Source of the DNA: Stegostoma tigrinum
Taxonomy: Eukaryota
Reading direction: 5' to 3'
DNA length: 64,000 nt
NCBI RefSeq assembly: GCF_030684315.1
Contig: NC_081377.1
Location: forward strand, 22,630,001 to 22,694,000
Positions 12,565 through 25,659 of this stretch are shown here, in pieces (position 1 is the stretch's first letter; each line of letters opens with the position of its first letter). The notes under the pieces were generated by a model. That model worked only from the letters and a program-made list of their open reading frames with translations. It was not told the origin of the DNA and did not search any database. A program made the position numbers and the translations under genes.

Positions 12565-13320
12565 TCAGAGAACACAAACAGACACTTCAGTCTAATACGT
12601 CCTTGCCGACCAGATATCCTAAATAAATCTAGTCCTATTTGCCAGCATTTGGACCATATCCCTCTAAATGCTGCCTAATTATTTACCCATCCAGGTGCCT
12701 TTTAAACATTGTACCAGTCTCCACCACTTCCTCTGGCATTTTGGTCGGCACTCACACCACCCTCTGTGTGAAAAGGTTATCCCGATCCCTTCTAACTCTT
12801 TCTCCTTTCATCTTAAACCTATGCCCTCTAGTTTTGGACTCCCCCATCCTGGAGAAAAGACATTGTCTATTTATCCTATCCATGCCCATCATGATTTTAG
12901 AAACGTTTATAAAGGCCAACACCCCTCTGCCTCTGATGGTCCAGAGAAAATAGTCCCACTCTCCTCAGCCTCAAACCCTCCAACCCCAAACTGTTTCAAA
13001 TTTCACACCATCCTTCCAATGTAGGAAAACCAGAATTGCAAGCAGCATTCCAACAGTGGCGTAACCAATGTCCTGTGCAGTCACAACATGACCTCCCAAC
13101 TCATATTCTCAAAGCACTGACCAATAAAGGCAAGTATACCAAACACCCTCTTCACTAACTTATCTATCTACGATTCCACTTTCAGGGACCTGTTAACCAG
13201 CACTCTAAGGTCCCTTTGTTCAGCAATACATCCCAGGATCTTACCCTTAAGTGTACACACCCTGCCCTGATTTGCCTTTCCAAAATGCACCACCTCACAT
13301 TTATCTAAATTAAACTTCAG
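12565..13320 (-). mobile_element. CR1 (HER1-like) LINE 3' fragment
   Basis: FNLDKCEVVHFGKAN...EQRDL CR1 ORF2 motif; CR1 3' UTR; similar copy at 36375-36890. Confidence 0.85.
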
Positions 13321-14290
13321 TAACTTTTGATCAAGCAAAAGTATTGAGGGATATAGGCCAAAGGCAGGTTTACTGGCTGATCTGTGGCCACAATCAGAAC
13401 AGGCCGGAAGGGCTAAATGACCTCCAGTTTTTATACTCCTATCTCTGAACAGGTAGATTAGAAAACATGTAAAATCAGTGTCTTCCCCCTCACAAAGCAC
13501 AATTATAGGCAGTTCCCCTGTAACACAATAATTGAGTTCTTGTGCACCCACGTGCTATAGGGAAATTACTACAGAAAAATCACTATAGTGTACATTAGAA
13601 AGTTTGCACATCCAAACAGCGTTACACTAATAGTGTAATAGAAACACATTGAAATAGTTACACCAACATTTAACAAATATCTTTGTAAAAATACAAGCAC
13701 CAAGCTTTATCTGAAAACTAAAACTGGCAAGTAACGAAGTTACATAAGCTAAACCTGCACTAGACCACGTTCAGTACTTCAAACATTTCTCCATTTCTAT
13801 GTGGTAACCGGAAACGAGGTCTCTTGTGATGTAGTAGTAGAATTTTTACTTTTGAGCCAGGAGGCACGTGTTCAAGTGCTATCTGCTGCAGAGGTGTGTC
13901 ATGACAGATCAGACACAGATTGATTAAAATTATCTGTTAAAGTGGAAATGCTTTAAGGGCACAAAAAATTCACAAGTATAACACAGGAATTACATAGGTA
14001 CACAATAAAGCAAACTGTCCCCCTCACTTTTTCTGGTACAGCAATAATATTATCAGTTCTGCTTCACCCTCTCTTTCAGGAGGCTGCAGGGCAGAGCATA
14101 ACTACATAGGCCACAAATAGAAGACGGTCACCAAGAAATCCAATGGTGAATTCAGAACAGAAAAAAAGAAATCTTCGCAGCTGAAAAGCCATAAAAAAGA
14201 ACCACTACCACAGTTGGTAGTGAAAGTGCATAGCACGGGTGAAGATAAGGGACAAAACAAGCACGTGAAGAAAACTGGGAGATAGTTCAA

Positions 14291-15918
14291 ATAGAGATAA
14301 TGGGAACTGCAGATGCTGGAGAATCCAAGATAACAAAGTGTGAAGCTGGATGAACACAGCAGGCCAAGCAGCATCTCAGGAGCACAAAAGCTGACATTTC
14401 GGGCCTAGACCCTTCATCAGAGAGGGGGATGGGGAGGGGGTTCTGAAATAAATAGGGAGGGGGAGGCGGACCGAAGATGGATAGAGGATGGATAGGTCAG
14501 TCCGGGGAGGACAGACAGATCAAGGAGGCGGGATGAGGTTAGTAGGTGGGAAATTGAGGTGCGGCTTGAGGTGGGAGGAGGGGATAGGTGAGAGGAAGAA
14601 CAGGTTAGGGAGGCGGGGATGAGCTGGGCTAGTTTTGGGATGCAGTGGGGGGAGGGAGATTTTGAATCTTGTTAAGTCCACATTGATACCATTGGGATGC
14701 AGGGTTCCCAAGCGGAATATGAGTTGCTGTTCCTGCAACCTTCGGGTGGCATCATTGTGGCACTGCAGGAGGCCCAGGATGGACATGTCATCTAAAGAAT
14801 GGGAGGGGGAGTTAAAATGGTTCATGACTAGGAGGTGCAGTTGTTTATTGCGAACCGAGCAGAGGTGTTCTGCAAAGCGGTCCCCAAGCCTCCGCTTGGT
14901 TTCCCCAATGTAGAGGTAGCCACAACGAGTACAGTGGATACAGTATACCACATTGGCAGATGTGCAGGTGAACATCTGCTTGATATGGAAAGTCATCTTG
15001 GGGCCTCGGATGGGGGTGAGGGAGGTGGTGTGGGGGCAAGTGTAGCACTTCCTGCGGTTGCAGGGGAAGGTGCCGAGTGAGTTGGAGGTCAGTGTGGAGC
15101 GGATAAGGGAGTCGCGGAGAGAGTGGTCTCTCCAGAAGGCAGACAAGGGTGGGGATGGAAAAATGTCTTGGGTGGTGGGCTCGGATTGTAGATGGCGGAA
15201 GTGTCGGAGGATGATGCATTGTATCCGGAGGTTGGTGGGGTGGTATGCGAGGATAATGGGGATTCTCTTTAGGCTGTTATTGCGGGGGCGAGGTGTGAGG
15301 GATGTGTTGCGGGAAATGTGGGAGACACGGTCGAGGGTGTTCTCGACAACTGCAGGGGGGATGTTGTGGTCCTTGAAGAACGCGGACATCTGGGATGTGC
15401 GGAAGTGGAATGCCTCATCCTGGGAGCAGATGCGGCGGAGGCAAAGGAATTGGGAATAGGGGATGGAACTTTTGCAGGAGGGTGGGTTGGAGGAGGTGTA
15501 TTCTAGGTAGCTGTGGGAGTCAGTGGGCTTGAAATGGACATCAGTTTCTAGCTGGTTGCCTGAGATGGAGACAGAGAGGTCCAGGAAGGTGAGGGATGTG
15601 TTGGAGATGCAGGTGAACTTGGAGGTTGGGGTGGAAGGTGTTGGTGAAGTGGATGAACTGTTCGAGCTCCTCTTGGGAGCAAGAGGCGGCGCCGATACAG
15701 TTGTCAATGTAACAGAGGAAGAGGTGGGGTTCGGGGCCAGTGTAGGTGCGGAAGAGGGACTGTTCCACGTAACCTACAAAGAGGCAGGCATAGCTCGGGC
15801 CCATGCGGGTACCCATGGCCACCCCCTTTGTCTGTAGGAAGTGGGAGAAATCGGAAGAAGTTACTCATCCTCACCCTCAACAACGTCTCTTTTGATTCCT
15901 CCCACTTCCTACAAACCA
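14291..15918 (-). mobile_element. 5'-truncated Penelope-like retroelement (RT C-terminal half + GIY-YIG endonuclease), frameshifted
   Basis: AMGTRMGPSYACLF and CYIDN (degenerate YxDD) RT motifs; LTFLDL, FKPTDSHSYL; NVVYCIHC..CGYLYIGETKRRLGDRFAEH GIY-YIG; 3' terminal repeat with hammerhead core at 14393-14420. Confidence 0.93.
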
Positions 15919-17854
15919 CCAAGCCACTGTGCCACTGCAGTGGATTATTTCAGACCACAACATGAGAAGCAGCACTGTGCCATTTGGTCCATCAACAGAT
16001 TGTGGCTGATTTGATAAACCTCAACTCCACTTTCCTATCTTTTCCCTTTAACCCTTGATTCCCTCATTTAAAAAAAAACCATCTGCTTCTCTCAGCCAAT
16101 TAACAGATTATAGATTTTATGCCAGCAATAATTTAATTTGTGAAAGCACAAAAATGTAGTAAAATAAGCTGTAACATGAGGAAATTACTTTCAGTTTTGT
16201 TTTTCTCGACAATGTTCTTCAACAGAAGCAGTGTACATGTTCTTTTACTGAACTTTACGTTCAACATTTAAATAATAGTTTCAGACTTATTTTCTGTTTA
16301 GATGAATTAGAAATGACATTTAGACAATTTAGATTGAAAATACTTTACTCAAGTCTTATAATAATGTAAAAGAAAAGACAGATCGACACATATATACTAC
16401 CTAATCACATAAAAAGATTCCAAAATGTTTAAAATAAAGTTCATCAATGGAACACCAGAAATGGACCTAAAGGAATAACACCTTTGCCCCACTACAAACA
16501 CAGAGTGAGGTCAAGTGTGGACGTCAGTGCAACAGAGTCATGACATATGTACACGAAAGACCCTTTAAAATTAAAAAAAAGGGCAAAAACCTACAAATAT
16601 CATATCTGAGTTTCACTGCCACTGATTTCCAGACATCAATTTCCAAATTGAGCAAGCAAATGTTTCAAATCACATATCTAGCCATTTTTGCTCCTTCTGG
16701 AAACATTTTCTCAGTAGCCCAGGAAAGACATACAGCAACGGCATTTCTGCTGCAAACTGTAATATTGCTGCCCTTTACAAATCCATTTTTTCCACCACTG
16801 GATTGGACACTTTGTGCCATTGCAGACTGTTATGCAGGACAGTCAGTGCTCCAAGATGAAGTTGCAAAAGATAATGAAAGGCATAAGCATTAGTTCAAAT
16901 CATTTTTGGGGGTCAGTGGATGGAAAGGATATCTTATCTATGCAGGGAAACAAAAAACAGATCTACCAGCTGTGAAACCGTTGCACAGAAAATGAGATGT
17001 CAAAATGGTACTTTAATGGATCCAATTCTAAATGAAGTTAAAGAGTCTTACTGCCAATTCCAATTTAAGCTTTTTTTAGATTTTTCTATTCTTGTCCAAA
17101 TTCGTCTGATTTTCATTCAGTACGATGTAAAGGTGGTTAGATACTGAAATTCTGCCTTAGCTATGTGGCTTAAAACTGAAACTTGGAAGCCCATCTCCTC
17201 CCCACAGCATCAGCATATAATTTCTTTAAAGTACTGTATTCAAACTGACAATTTTGATCTGGATAAGTTCTACCACATCCTAGGATTTCTATGATGTGGT
17301 CTCTTTCCCATTAAGAACTGGATTAAAATTATATAAACTAATTTTATTTAGAACCAGCTGAGCTAAGACCGGAAGTGGACGTTTTCTTTTCAATAACTTG
17401 GATTATTAGTCAACGACGCAGCTGTACAATTAACCGATAAGCTATTTCTATGTGTAAAAATCATACATTACTTCTTGCATTTCTGATTTAGAACTGTCAA
17501 AACCCTTTTTTAAAAAATTGTACGATACTGATTATGAAATATCTTCTGGAAGTGGGCCGTATTTTAGCACTTCTCAACCAAAGTTGAAAATGCATGAGTG
17601 CAGCAGATAATGAGGGCAGGAGAGGTGCAGTTGCTGCACCTCCTAAATTAAAGCCAGTTTTTAAAAACAACTGGGCAGTCAAATTTAACCAGCTAATGAC
17701 AAACGCTGCAACACCTAAAATTAAATAAAATGTTAATTATTTTTTAAAAATCTTCACCAGCATTTTGCCTGGAAATACAGCCATATGCCAAGCCTCTTCA
17801 AATCACTGCACTGGTGGCTTTCCTCGGCCAGTTTGCATCGAGGTTGGTTTGTCA

Positions 17855-18288
17855 TTAATTTTGAGAAAGACAGTGCTCCAAAGCTGCCATTCCATACAGG
17901 TTGGCTTTATCCTCACCAATATTTAACATAATGTCTTTACATGGTTTGCTGTTCTTGGCCAGTTCTGTTAAAACACTCTGAAAGGCAGCAACGAGGTCAA
18001 ACTCCACGGTCACAGGTGAACTCTTATTTAACAAAACAAAAATGTCTCTCAACCACTCTGATTCAATTACACTTTGTGGTAGCCATGGTAGCAAAGGTAC
18101 ACAACTAACAAAAGCCTGCATTCCCAGAAACCAAAGCTCTGAGATTTGATCCCAAGCTTCTTGGTATCTCTCAGTCACCACAATCTGTGTTTGGTCATCA
18201 ATTCTGTTTAGCTGCGTTGTATGTGCTTTTGACAAAAAGTGAATTGCCCCTCGGAAAAAGCCCTTGGATACTGTAGTTCCCTGTAACA
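17855..18288 (-). CDS. NCDN: Neurochondrin last coding exon
   Basis: T-tract cag| acceptor (phase 1). VLQGTTVSKGFF...YQEAWDQISELWFLGMQAFVSCVPLLPWL...ANLYGMAALEHCLSQN then stop; neurochondrin C-terminus. Confidence 0.95.
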
Positions 18289-18989
18289 CTGAAAAAAAAA
18301 ATGCACAGTTACTCCCAAAAGACAAATCCAGGCTGGTTACAAATTCAACTTCAATGCAAAATTCAAGATTGACAAACTCTTGATCTCCAAAACTAAATAA
18401 TATACATTTACCTGTCTCAGTTTCCTCCTCTTCTCTGATCCTTGGTATTTTTTCTGTCATTTTTAAACCGCTTGTAAATTCAGCCTAGGTTCCAAACTCT
18501 CACTTAATCCATCTCCTCCATGAAACCCATTTCCTTCACAACTGATTCTAGTTACACCATGTATTTTAAATCATTTGCCTTCCACTGTCGCACTATTACT
18601 CTAGCAAAGACCTTCCCTCCTGCCCTTGCACAAGGCCCACTGCTATCACCAGCACAATATGTAAATTTAGATCAACCTGGTTATTCTCTGCTCTAGCACT
18701 GCATTAGTAAAAGAGACACAATGCTTTAATGTTCTACAAGTTTCCCTTTTCTAAGTACTGTAAATAATGCCAGTTGTACATGATAGATATTTTTAAATCA
18801 ATCTGTTCAGAGAGTTATGACATGTACAGTAGAGGTATGTCTTGAACCCAGACCTTATTGCCCAGAGGCAGCAACACTTCAACTGCATCACAAAAGCCCC
18901 TGGTTTTGCATTATATGTAGTGTTTGAGGCTGCTCGACAATGATGAGGTGGGGATTAGGGTGCTGAGTTAATGATTTCCTGTTCCATAC

Positions 18990-19132
18990 CTGGTGTGTCA
19001 GCAAGTATGCGACTCATCATCAGCCCCAAAGCTGTGAAATTAGCAGCAAGAATCAGGTGAAGCTGGTTACAAAGCAAGGACTGCAAGGATTCCATTAACA
19101 AGCTAAGTAAAGATGAGAAACATTCTTCCTGC
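18990..19132 (-). CDS. NCDN: Neurochondrin coding exon 5
   Basis: 143 nt, QEECFSSLLSLLMESLQSLL...LILAANFTALGLMMSRIL; gcag| acceptor, CAG|GTATGG donor, phases 2/1. Confidence 0.92.
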
Positions 19133-19922
19133 CTGCAATGACATTAAAAAAAAGACAAGTGTAAGAAATAATTTTAAGAAGTTGCAATAAAAGCCTTCAA
19201 AAAGAAAATCCGTTTGTCCACAAATATAACAGGTCAGACCAAAATTCACCGTGAAATCCATTCAATGACACAATTGTTTGAATTACCCTTTCAGATTCTT
19301 TAGTTGCAAGAAAAATCAATAAGTTAACAGCCTGTGATCAGCTGGGCAACTGTAAATGCGGACACTGAATATTACATACAGAAAAAGTGTCTGACGCTTG
19401 AGTGAGCTTCAAAATCATTAACTCTTGCCCTCTGGTACCTCAACAGATTGACTGAGGGAGTGGTCAAATCATACAGCCAAGGAACGACTAAGGATTGGTC
19501 CTTAATCTCAAGCTCCGACAGCAATAGGGATATTATAACTGACCAAATTGGAAACAGTAAGACAAAAAAATTGCAGTCCTAGTGTTGTTACTGCTATAAT
19601 AACTTCTGCTGGAAATGCACAGGGGGTAAGATCAGGGTAACTCAATTACTAAGTAGTTATGGTAAAAGACCAGTAACATTATCATTCCACCATAGCAAAG
19701 AAGTTAACTCAACAAAATCTCTTCTGAGTAAGTACCAGACAAAAACAAACTGTTCATCATAAAGGCTGTCAGCTTCTGGCAGGAATCTGCTAGTCTTAAC
19801 TGCTCGGACCTACACATGGATGCAGTCCAATACTAATAATTGCTTTTGAGAGGAATCCGGCCATCTCACTGATTCTCCATATTATACTGTGAACCTCATA
19901 ACTGAGATAAGGTATTGTATAC

Positions 19923-20147
19923 CTGATCAGTGCAGGCTCTGTTACCACAAGGTTTAGAAAAATTCCACAAGCTGTTCGAAGACTCATCTCTGCATTATCT
20001 GGCAAAACTGATGCATTTTTGGAAGAACTGAAGACTTCCCACTGTTGTGTGAAATAACGAAGAAGCAAAACATGAAATCCATCCGAAATTAAGATGGTCC
20101 TAGGTACATCCTCAGCTGAAAGGTGACAAAATCCAGGCAACAGAAAT
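19923..20147 (-). CDS. NCDN: Neurochondrin coding exon 4
   Basis: 225 nt, FLLPGFCHLSAEDVPRTILI...SLRTACGIFLNLVVTEPALI; phases 2/2. Confidence 0.95.
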
Positions 20148-20539
20148 CTATAAGCAAATACATATAATTACCAAAACACTGAGTGCACACAAGTGATAAG
20201 AGACAAGTTGTTTCCTATAAATCCTAACCAACTAAGGAAGGTGTTTGTACTCACTAATGATTAAAGTGTACAGCTGCACCTCTCAGTTAAATTTTCATCC
20301 TGGTTAATTTGTCAGCCAGAATATCATGAACATAAGAAATAAACATTAACAATGACTGAAAGCCAAAAAATGAGATCATTCCTTAGTCTGGAAAGCACAT
20401 TTGGCAACATAATTTTTGACAATATTTTTCTGAGCTCCATACCAGCTTGCATGACCAAAAAGCACACCTCCAAAATAAAGAAATGTGGAATGGAAAGTAC
20501 CGAGGAGGCACAGTAAGCCAGCAGCTATTAAATAAAAAC

Positions 20540-20830
20540 ACCGAATGCGGGCATCACTGGACAGGCCAGCATTTATTATGCATCCTTTATTAAGCATCCT
20601 TTATTGCCCAGAGAGGAGTTAAGTGTCAACCACATTGCTTTACGTCTGGAGAAATGGTAGGCCAGACCAGGTCAAGATTGCAGTCTCCTTCCCTAAAATA
20701 CTTCAGTGATAATTTAATAGGTTTGTCTGTGAGAATCAAGGACAGTTTAACCAATTGCAACTGTAATTTATCTCAATGGTAAAGAATTTCATATCTTCTG
20801 ACCAATTTAGTGTTTGACCACGGTGAAATA
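20540..20830 (-). mobile_element. Older copy of the same SINE family
   Basis: GGCCAGCATTTATT...GTCAACCACATTGC...GTAGGCCAGACCAGG. Confidence 0.65.
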
Positions 20831-20952
20831 CGAGTACAACACTGACCAAAGACAAGCTCTGTCTCACCTGGTGAGATATGACTAAAATATTGCACAAGGT
20901 TAGTGATCATTAGATGGACTACATTCAATGCTGCATCATATTTTCCTCTTAC

Positions 20953-21194
20953 CTCAAGGCATCTTTAGGCCACATTGTTACCTCAGGGCTGTCAGCCAAT
21001 GATAGCCCTTTTACTTGATTGTTTAGGTCATCAGATTTTATTGGACATTCAAACAGCTTCCGAGCATAACAAATCAGAAAAGGCAGCACGTCACAGATTT
21101 CCTGTCTGAGTGCGTGAGTTTCTTCAGCTATCCAAGCACCCAGGATTCGGACTGATGCATACAGAAATGGATCCCATAGCTGTTCCTCTGTAAC
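20953..21194 (-). CDS. NCDN: Neurochondrin coding exon 3
   Basis: 242 nt, VTEEQLWDPFLYASVRILGAWIAEETHALRQEICDVLPFL...KDALR; tag| acceptor, AG|GTAAGA donor. Not in the ORF track. Confidence 0.95.
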
Positions 21195-22465
21195 CTATAG
21201 CAGAGGAAGTAAACAAGTGTAAACTGAAGCAAATAAATTTATTTTGTATATGGCATAAATATCTTTAAGAATGCCATGGTGAAAGGACCAGAGGGCACAC
21301 TAATTTTTTTTCCATGTTACAGCTGAGGTACAAAGTTTCAAAGTATAATATTGCAAGAGAGGGGGTCTGGTTGACGCCAACAGTGCTGAATTTTTGAAAA
21401 AAAAATGTCTGAATCCTTGTTTCTCAAAAGCATGGATAAACAGACTCACGTAACGAAGCACCGCTGAATCTTGAATCCTAAAAGAAATATATTTTTTCTT
21501 GTTCTAAGGGAATGAATTTGGGGAGAATATTCAAATACAATTACAAGGTCTGCATTTCGATATAAAAATTGGCAGCAAACCACTGTCTGTCCGCACCACC
21601 ATACTCATCTGATGGAAATTCTGTTTCCCACCGGCACTTACTACGTACTGTTCTCGGTTATCGTCTTTCGACCAATTCAAGAGTTTGACTGCAAGTCAAC
21701 TGGACTGTCCCAAATGAATTTGTGGCAACCATTTCTGCACTCCAACAGGAAGTTACTAAATACAATAGTGTGGCTGCTAAGAAGCTTCCTCACCCATTCC
21801 AATCTTGCTGAGGTCAAGAACTTAAAAGCTGGACAGTATGTGCAATCACAGTCGCAGTGTGCGACAGCCTGATAGCACATTAATTCTTACCAATTCGAAC
21901 AGCAGGAAAAATTTATACAATACAACATACATCTATAGATTGAGAAAAAAAATACCTAAAGGGCTCTTGTGAAGTGGTAGTGCACTCATCTCTGAACCAG
22001 AAGGTCAGCGTTCAAGTCCCACCAGCTCGAGAGGTGTGTAATTAACAATGCTTTAACAGATTGTGAATATTTTGTAAACAGTCTTCTGAACCATTGGTTA
22101 TTTTCACAAACATATATGATTACTTTCATCCCTTCTATCAGCTCTAAGCTTTTCATTGTGAACAACATTTAACAAGCTGGTTTCATTATTGTTTTGCCTT
22201 CAACAATATTTCCAGAACATCGGGACTGCAGCATTATCCAAAAAGCCATAACCTGCAGGACTATGAATCAAATTTTAAAAAGGAAGATTAGTTGGTCTTT
22301 CACCTGGAGCACACATGATGGGTGAGGAGCCTCTTTCTGTTCTGGAAAACTCCTACGATTCAATGTCTACAGTAGAAGTTTCACAGAAAATTCAGACAGA
22401 AATGGAGTTACAAGAAATTACAGTTAGGCAAATTACTCTAAAGGTAAACATATTTCCATAATTAC

Positions 22466-23473
22466 CTGCTTAAAATAGCCAATAACTGCTCTGAAAGCCT
22501 CAACCATTATTTGTACCAACTGGCTACTTTGAGTTTCTGTAAGGCAAACGTTTTCCCCAAGCACACAAACCATCATTCCGAACTCGATGATACTGTAACA
22601 TGCTGTGATAACATCTGGTTTAAAGTGAGGTGCATTCAGATTTGGGTCCTCCAAACAAATTCGAACTTCCACACAGGCGAGATTCACCATTAATGCTAAG
22701 AATTTACGGTTTGCTTCCGAATTTTCTGCCAAGATCCAGTCTGAGCCATAAACAGTTACTAACAAGCCAGCAAGTTTCAGGGCAGGGTCTCGTTGTGAGC
22801 TATTCAGTTTACTGCAGAGTATGCTGAACAGACCAGTATGAAGATTCTTCAAGCACTCAGTGAGAGATGGGTCCTCAGTTAGGATATGTCTAGCAGGTAG
22901 AAAATGCTGCAATATACTACACAATTCAAATTTCTGGTGATCTTCTTCTGCAGCAAACCTTTCACTAAGTTTGTTCAGTACTTTCAAGAGGTCTGGTTTG
23001 CAAGATTTCCAACATTTGTTTTCCATGGTGTTCAGCAGACTAATAAGAAGATGTAAAGCTTGCACATGGCCATGACTTTGATTCAGGTAAACCTGACATA
23101 ATGCAGATACTGTTCCTTCAGCTACTAGATGTTGCTGGCCCTGAGGGTGGGCAGAAATTGCTTGGAGACACTGGAAGGAGTCATCAATCATTGATGTAAA
23201 TGTGGCAATATCTGTTTCTGCATCGACGTCTGAACAAATAATTTCATTGAAAATAGATATTTTGTTGAGGATTTGTGGGTGAATAACCAAATCTAGATTT
23301 GTGGAAAAACAAGCAAGCAGGGTCATACCAAGAGCTCGGAAAATTTGACTGGGGCAACCATGCGGAGATTCTTTAGTAAGAAGTAGTCGATTTGGGAAAG
23401 AGAATCCAATTGCATCAAAGATCCGTCGACGGGTTGCAGCATCTATTTCACCAGCCTTCACCACCTTGGTCAC
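22466..23473 (-). CDS. NCDN: Neurochondrin coding exon 2 (large)
   Basis: 1008 nt, VTKVVKAGEIDAATRRRIFDAIGFSFPNRLL...QRDPALKLA...KFLALMVNLACVEVR...GYFKQ; CAG|GTAATT donor, phase 0/0. Confidence 0.97.
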
Positions 23474-25005
23474 CTAAAATAAACACACTTTATTCAATGT
23501 ATTGTCAAATGTTTTGTAATGTTCTTGTACAAACTGTCAGGAAGGGTTTTTAAGCTATCTTAACTGTTCAGTGATTATATTTTATTTTTCCATTTTTGTT
23601 TTAAATGGAATAAAGATAATCAAATCTTAAGAGACAGGCTGAATGGTCTACTCTACTATACAACAAAATCACAATTAAACTGACTGTGGCTTTAATTTAA
23701 TTTTCCTGCCATCTCTTCGTGATCCTGAGCTCCCCTGTTGATCAAAACTCTAACTATGTCTTGACGATATTCAGTGATACAGTTTATACTGCACTGTGCC
23801 TTTAACGTAGCGTCATTTACAAACTTGCACTGTCTATTCCTTCATTCATGTCACTGATTTTTATGGGGAAAATGTGGAGCCTCCAAAGCTGATTCTCATT
23901 GTCCATACTTTTGGTTTTCCATTTCCAAACAATTGCCAATCCATGTAAGAAAGTTCATTCATACTGTTTGATTTTACTTTTGCCAACAACCTGTGGATAA
24001 ATACATGTTCCTTGATGGTTATGCAACTCAAAGTGAAATTAAGTTTACTTCTGTACATTCAAAGTTGAGAGCAAAGAATTCAATATTTTTTAATTTTACA
24101 TGCTCATCTGTAAAACCAGGTGTAGAGGAAAGCTCTAATCATTGCACGTAAAAATTTAATTTTTCAACTTAAAACCTCAGGAACACTTCAAATTATAACA
24201 TTTTCTGCCTGCACATGCTGCACAAGGTTTCACCGAGTAAATCCGCCAGATAACCATACATAGAACTGTACAGCACTTTCGGCCCCCGATTTGGGACCAA
24301 ACGTGAAGCCAAATTAAACTAACTGCTTCTGCCTGCCCTTGGTCCATAACCCTCTGTTCCTTGCACGTTCATGTGAGTACTTCATTTACTCACACAAGGT
24401 AATTGTGGATATCCAGAGCTTCCAGCAGAAAGCTGAAATCAAGTCAATCAAAAAATTGCAGAATTGAAATGACAGATTTTTGTTAGATAAGGATATTAAA
24501 GGTTATGTAACCAAATAAGATTGAAAGAATTAAGGTATGGATCAAGCAGAGTAAGTTCGATGGTAGAACGCCTTGCTTCTTCTCCTACGTTCTCGGTTTT
24601 TACAGGTGATGAACACCAAGCTATAATATATTCACATTTATAAATAAATGATTGATTATTTTCTGCCTGTACTTTGATTACGATCGCTCAAAGTTGACTC
24701 AGCTGTGTACTACATCCTTTACAGCTGTCAACAACATTCACTTCAGATTGAATTTTTTTTTGAAAACCACAGGCTAATTTTAGATATTCTTTCCTCAGCC
24801 ATGACCACTTGATTAAAGTTATCAAATAAATTGCAAATATGGAAAATTAACTGCTTGATGAGTGGCAATTCACAGCAGAAAAACACTAATTTAGTTAGAT
24901 GAAAATTACAAGTCATAAATGGTCAAGTGATGGTGTAATCTAGAGACTGTTAATTCGGTCAAAAAAATGTACAGTATATTTGTACTTAGCAGAAAAACCT
25001 CTTAC

Positions 25006-25131
25006 CAGTAGAAGAGCTGCAAACTGCTCGCTATCATTTTTTGCATCTTGTAGGACCTGAAGACATCGACCCAATGTCTTGTTCCTAGCCAAATCTTTAG
25101 TTCCACATTGATTTTCTGAATTTGATGCCAT
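25006..25131 (-). CDS. NCDN: Neurochondrin first coding exon (exon starts 25145, ATG 25131)
   Basis: MASNSENQCG...LQDAKNDSEQFAALLL, the NCDN N-terminal signature; CTG|GTAAGA donor, phase 0. Confidence 0.95.
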
Positions 25132-25659
25132 GAGAGTAATTGTAACTGCAACAAAATATTTAACAAACTCTGAACAAAATGATTTCACTGAAATGACAAT
25201 CTTCTATGAAAAAAGTCCTGACTTTGCTCATGGAGACAGTTTTCACAGCTTGACAAAAGCACTTAAGTACTTGGGTAAGTGAAAAATGCGACTTCAACTG
25301 AAACTAGGCCTGCACTAAAAGCAAAATACTGTGGATGCTTTAGTACATTCTTATCTAGACACATTTTAATTCAAAATATTGCTGGTTCCTGGGCAGGAGA
25401 AAAGACATTACAGAAACCTTTAAGCGATGTGGCAGCATTTATAAACATCTCAATAGATTACTTGAATATTAGTCTAATAGCTGTTAAAAAGGTACAAAAT
25501 TAATTCGTTTGGAGAAGGATTATTTAAGAGTGGGTTGAGTGAAGATCAAATATTTAAACTCTAAAGAAACGTTCTATTACAGAACACAATTTTGCATGGT
25601 AACAAAACTAACTTCCACTCCTATGTCTTATGGTCTTAAAACCAAACTGAACCATGCAA

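Noticed and set aside
14635-15837. Several plus-strand and alternative-frame ORFs of 60-130 aa
   Set aside because: Antisense or shifted frames of the GC-rich Penelope ORF, with no independent coding signal.
16300-17400. NCDN polyadenylation site candidates (AATAAA on minus near 17343, AGTAAA near 16344)
   Set aside because: Such hexamers are frequent in AT-rich DNA and the site cannot be assigned.
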